NCBI GenBank assembly: GCA_964383765.1
Contig: CAYLHT010000001.1
Location: 100,998 to 164,997 of the forward strand
Source: an uncultured Gammaproteobacteria bacterium
GTDB lineage: Bacteria; Patescibacteriota; Patescibacteriia; SBBC01; CAIJZX01
DNA length: 64,000 nucleotides
Direction: 5' to 3'
This document shows positions 63,400 to 64,000 of the stretch, one piece after another (the stretch's first letter is position 1; each line of letters starts with the position of its first letter). The position numbers were made by a program, and so were the translations under genes. Below the pieces are notes generated by a model. The model was given only the letters and a program-made list of their open reading frames with translations. It was not told the DNA's origin and searched no databases.

Positions 63400-63432
63400 C
63401 CCGCCAGCCCAGCGCCGGCGGGATTTTTATTT
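63400..63432 (+). terminator. Rho-independent terminator
   Basis: CCCGCC (63400-63405) pairs with GGCGGG (63417-63422), followed by ATTTTTATTT. Confidence 0.7.
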
Positions 63433-63512
63433 AGATCAGAGGTGGCCGAGCGGTTTGGTTTACCACCCCTAACCCCTCCTCATATGAGGAGGGGAACTCA
63501 TTGGCTCGACCA

Positions 63513-63995
63513 CTAGTAAATTTCCTCCCGCTTCTCTTTCAAAAACCCGAAAAATCCTTCTGTTGCTTCCAAAAAAGCTTTGAATGGCGCTTCGATGATG
63601 ACGTCGAGGAAGAAAATCAGGACGTTGATTTTCGGCGCACGTAAGCTAATCCAGCGGCCGACTTGGACGATCGGAACGGTGATGAAGTCGAACAAAACCG
63701 TGAAGACATTTTCGCGGTGATCAACGACCAAGAGCTCCCGCGCCAAATTGCGAATGCGAATTCCGAAGAAACTCACCAGGGTTAAGAACAGTAAGAAAAT
63801 CAACTGGTCGAAAACGGTAAAGTGGAGCCGTGTCAGAATGGAAATCAAACCCCCAAAGACGACAATGAAGAGGAGGGCATAGATCACGCGGTACACGTAG
63901 GTGAAGACCGCGTTGCGGCGGATGGGCTTCCGAGGCTTGACCAGGGCGTGCCGTTCATCACCGCGGTAGATTAAATCCTTGATTTTTTCAATCAC
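63513..63995 (-). CDS. Polytopic membrane protein (at least 160 aa; may start beyond the window end)
   Basis: GTG at 63995 with no upstream stop before position 64000. Several TM helices. Confidence 0.5.
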   Translation of the reverse strand: MIEKIKDLIYRGDERHALVKPRKPIRRNAVFTYVYRVIYALLFIVVFGGLISILTRLHFTVFDQLIFLLFLTLVSFFGIRIRNLARELLVVDHRENVFTVLFDFITVPIVQVGRWISLRAPKINVLIFFLDVIIEAPFKAFLEATEGFFGFLKEKREEIY

Positions 63996-64000
63996 TCCAG

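Noticed and set aside
63441-63512. A tRNA 5' fragment (GGTGGCCGAGCGGT resembles the acceptor/D arm of class II tRNAs).
   Set aside because: There is no anticodon or T arm downstream. The segment is one arm of a long-range inverted repeat (GTGGCCGAGC / GCTCGACCAC) that encloses a palindrome.

Overview
This 64-kb window reads as a small-genome bacterial chromosome segment. It looks like Patescibacteria/CPR, possibly Saccharibacteria, but that is inferred from gene content only. GC appears mid-range by eye (not computed), and many genes have GGAGG-type ribosome-binding sites (RBS). The backbone is housekeeping: rny, clpP, nrnA-like, rbfA, infB, trxA-trxB, gdh, rnhB, nusA, H+-PPase, mscL, pilT, nfo, tig, UDG4 and PlsC-type acyltransferases. 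There are also two two-component systems, an ECF sigma/anti-sigma pair, two TrmB-like regulators and two 3D-domain proteins. I support ten canonical tRNA genes.

The most unusual signal is in the tRNA loci. At 10305-10886, two complete tRNA genes (Arg-CCU and Ala-CGC) each sit on a flanking helix inside a second tRNA-like gene of the same amino-acid identity. At 30583-30759, a chimeric or degenerate tRNA-Pro copy follows a hairpin-rich spacer next to an intact tRNA-Pro.

Other notable items:
- a 163-bp MITE-like insertion with a 6-bp duplication exactly at the start codon of a CsoR-family gene, just downstream of a CsoR-type operator palindrome
- a 32-bp-periodic array of TGTTCC-N4-GGAACA palindromes
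- C7/G7 tracts inside nusA
- a 42-bp perfect palindrome
- several islands of orphan small genes that look GC-richer than their surroundings

I saw no CRISPR array, rRNA gene, transposase or recognisable defence gene. All calls come from reading the sequence and the ORF track; no searches were run.
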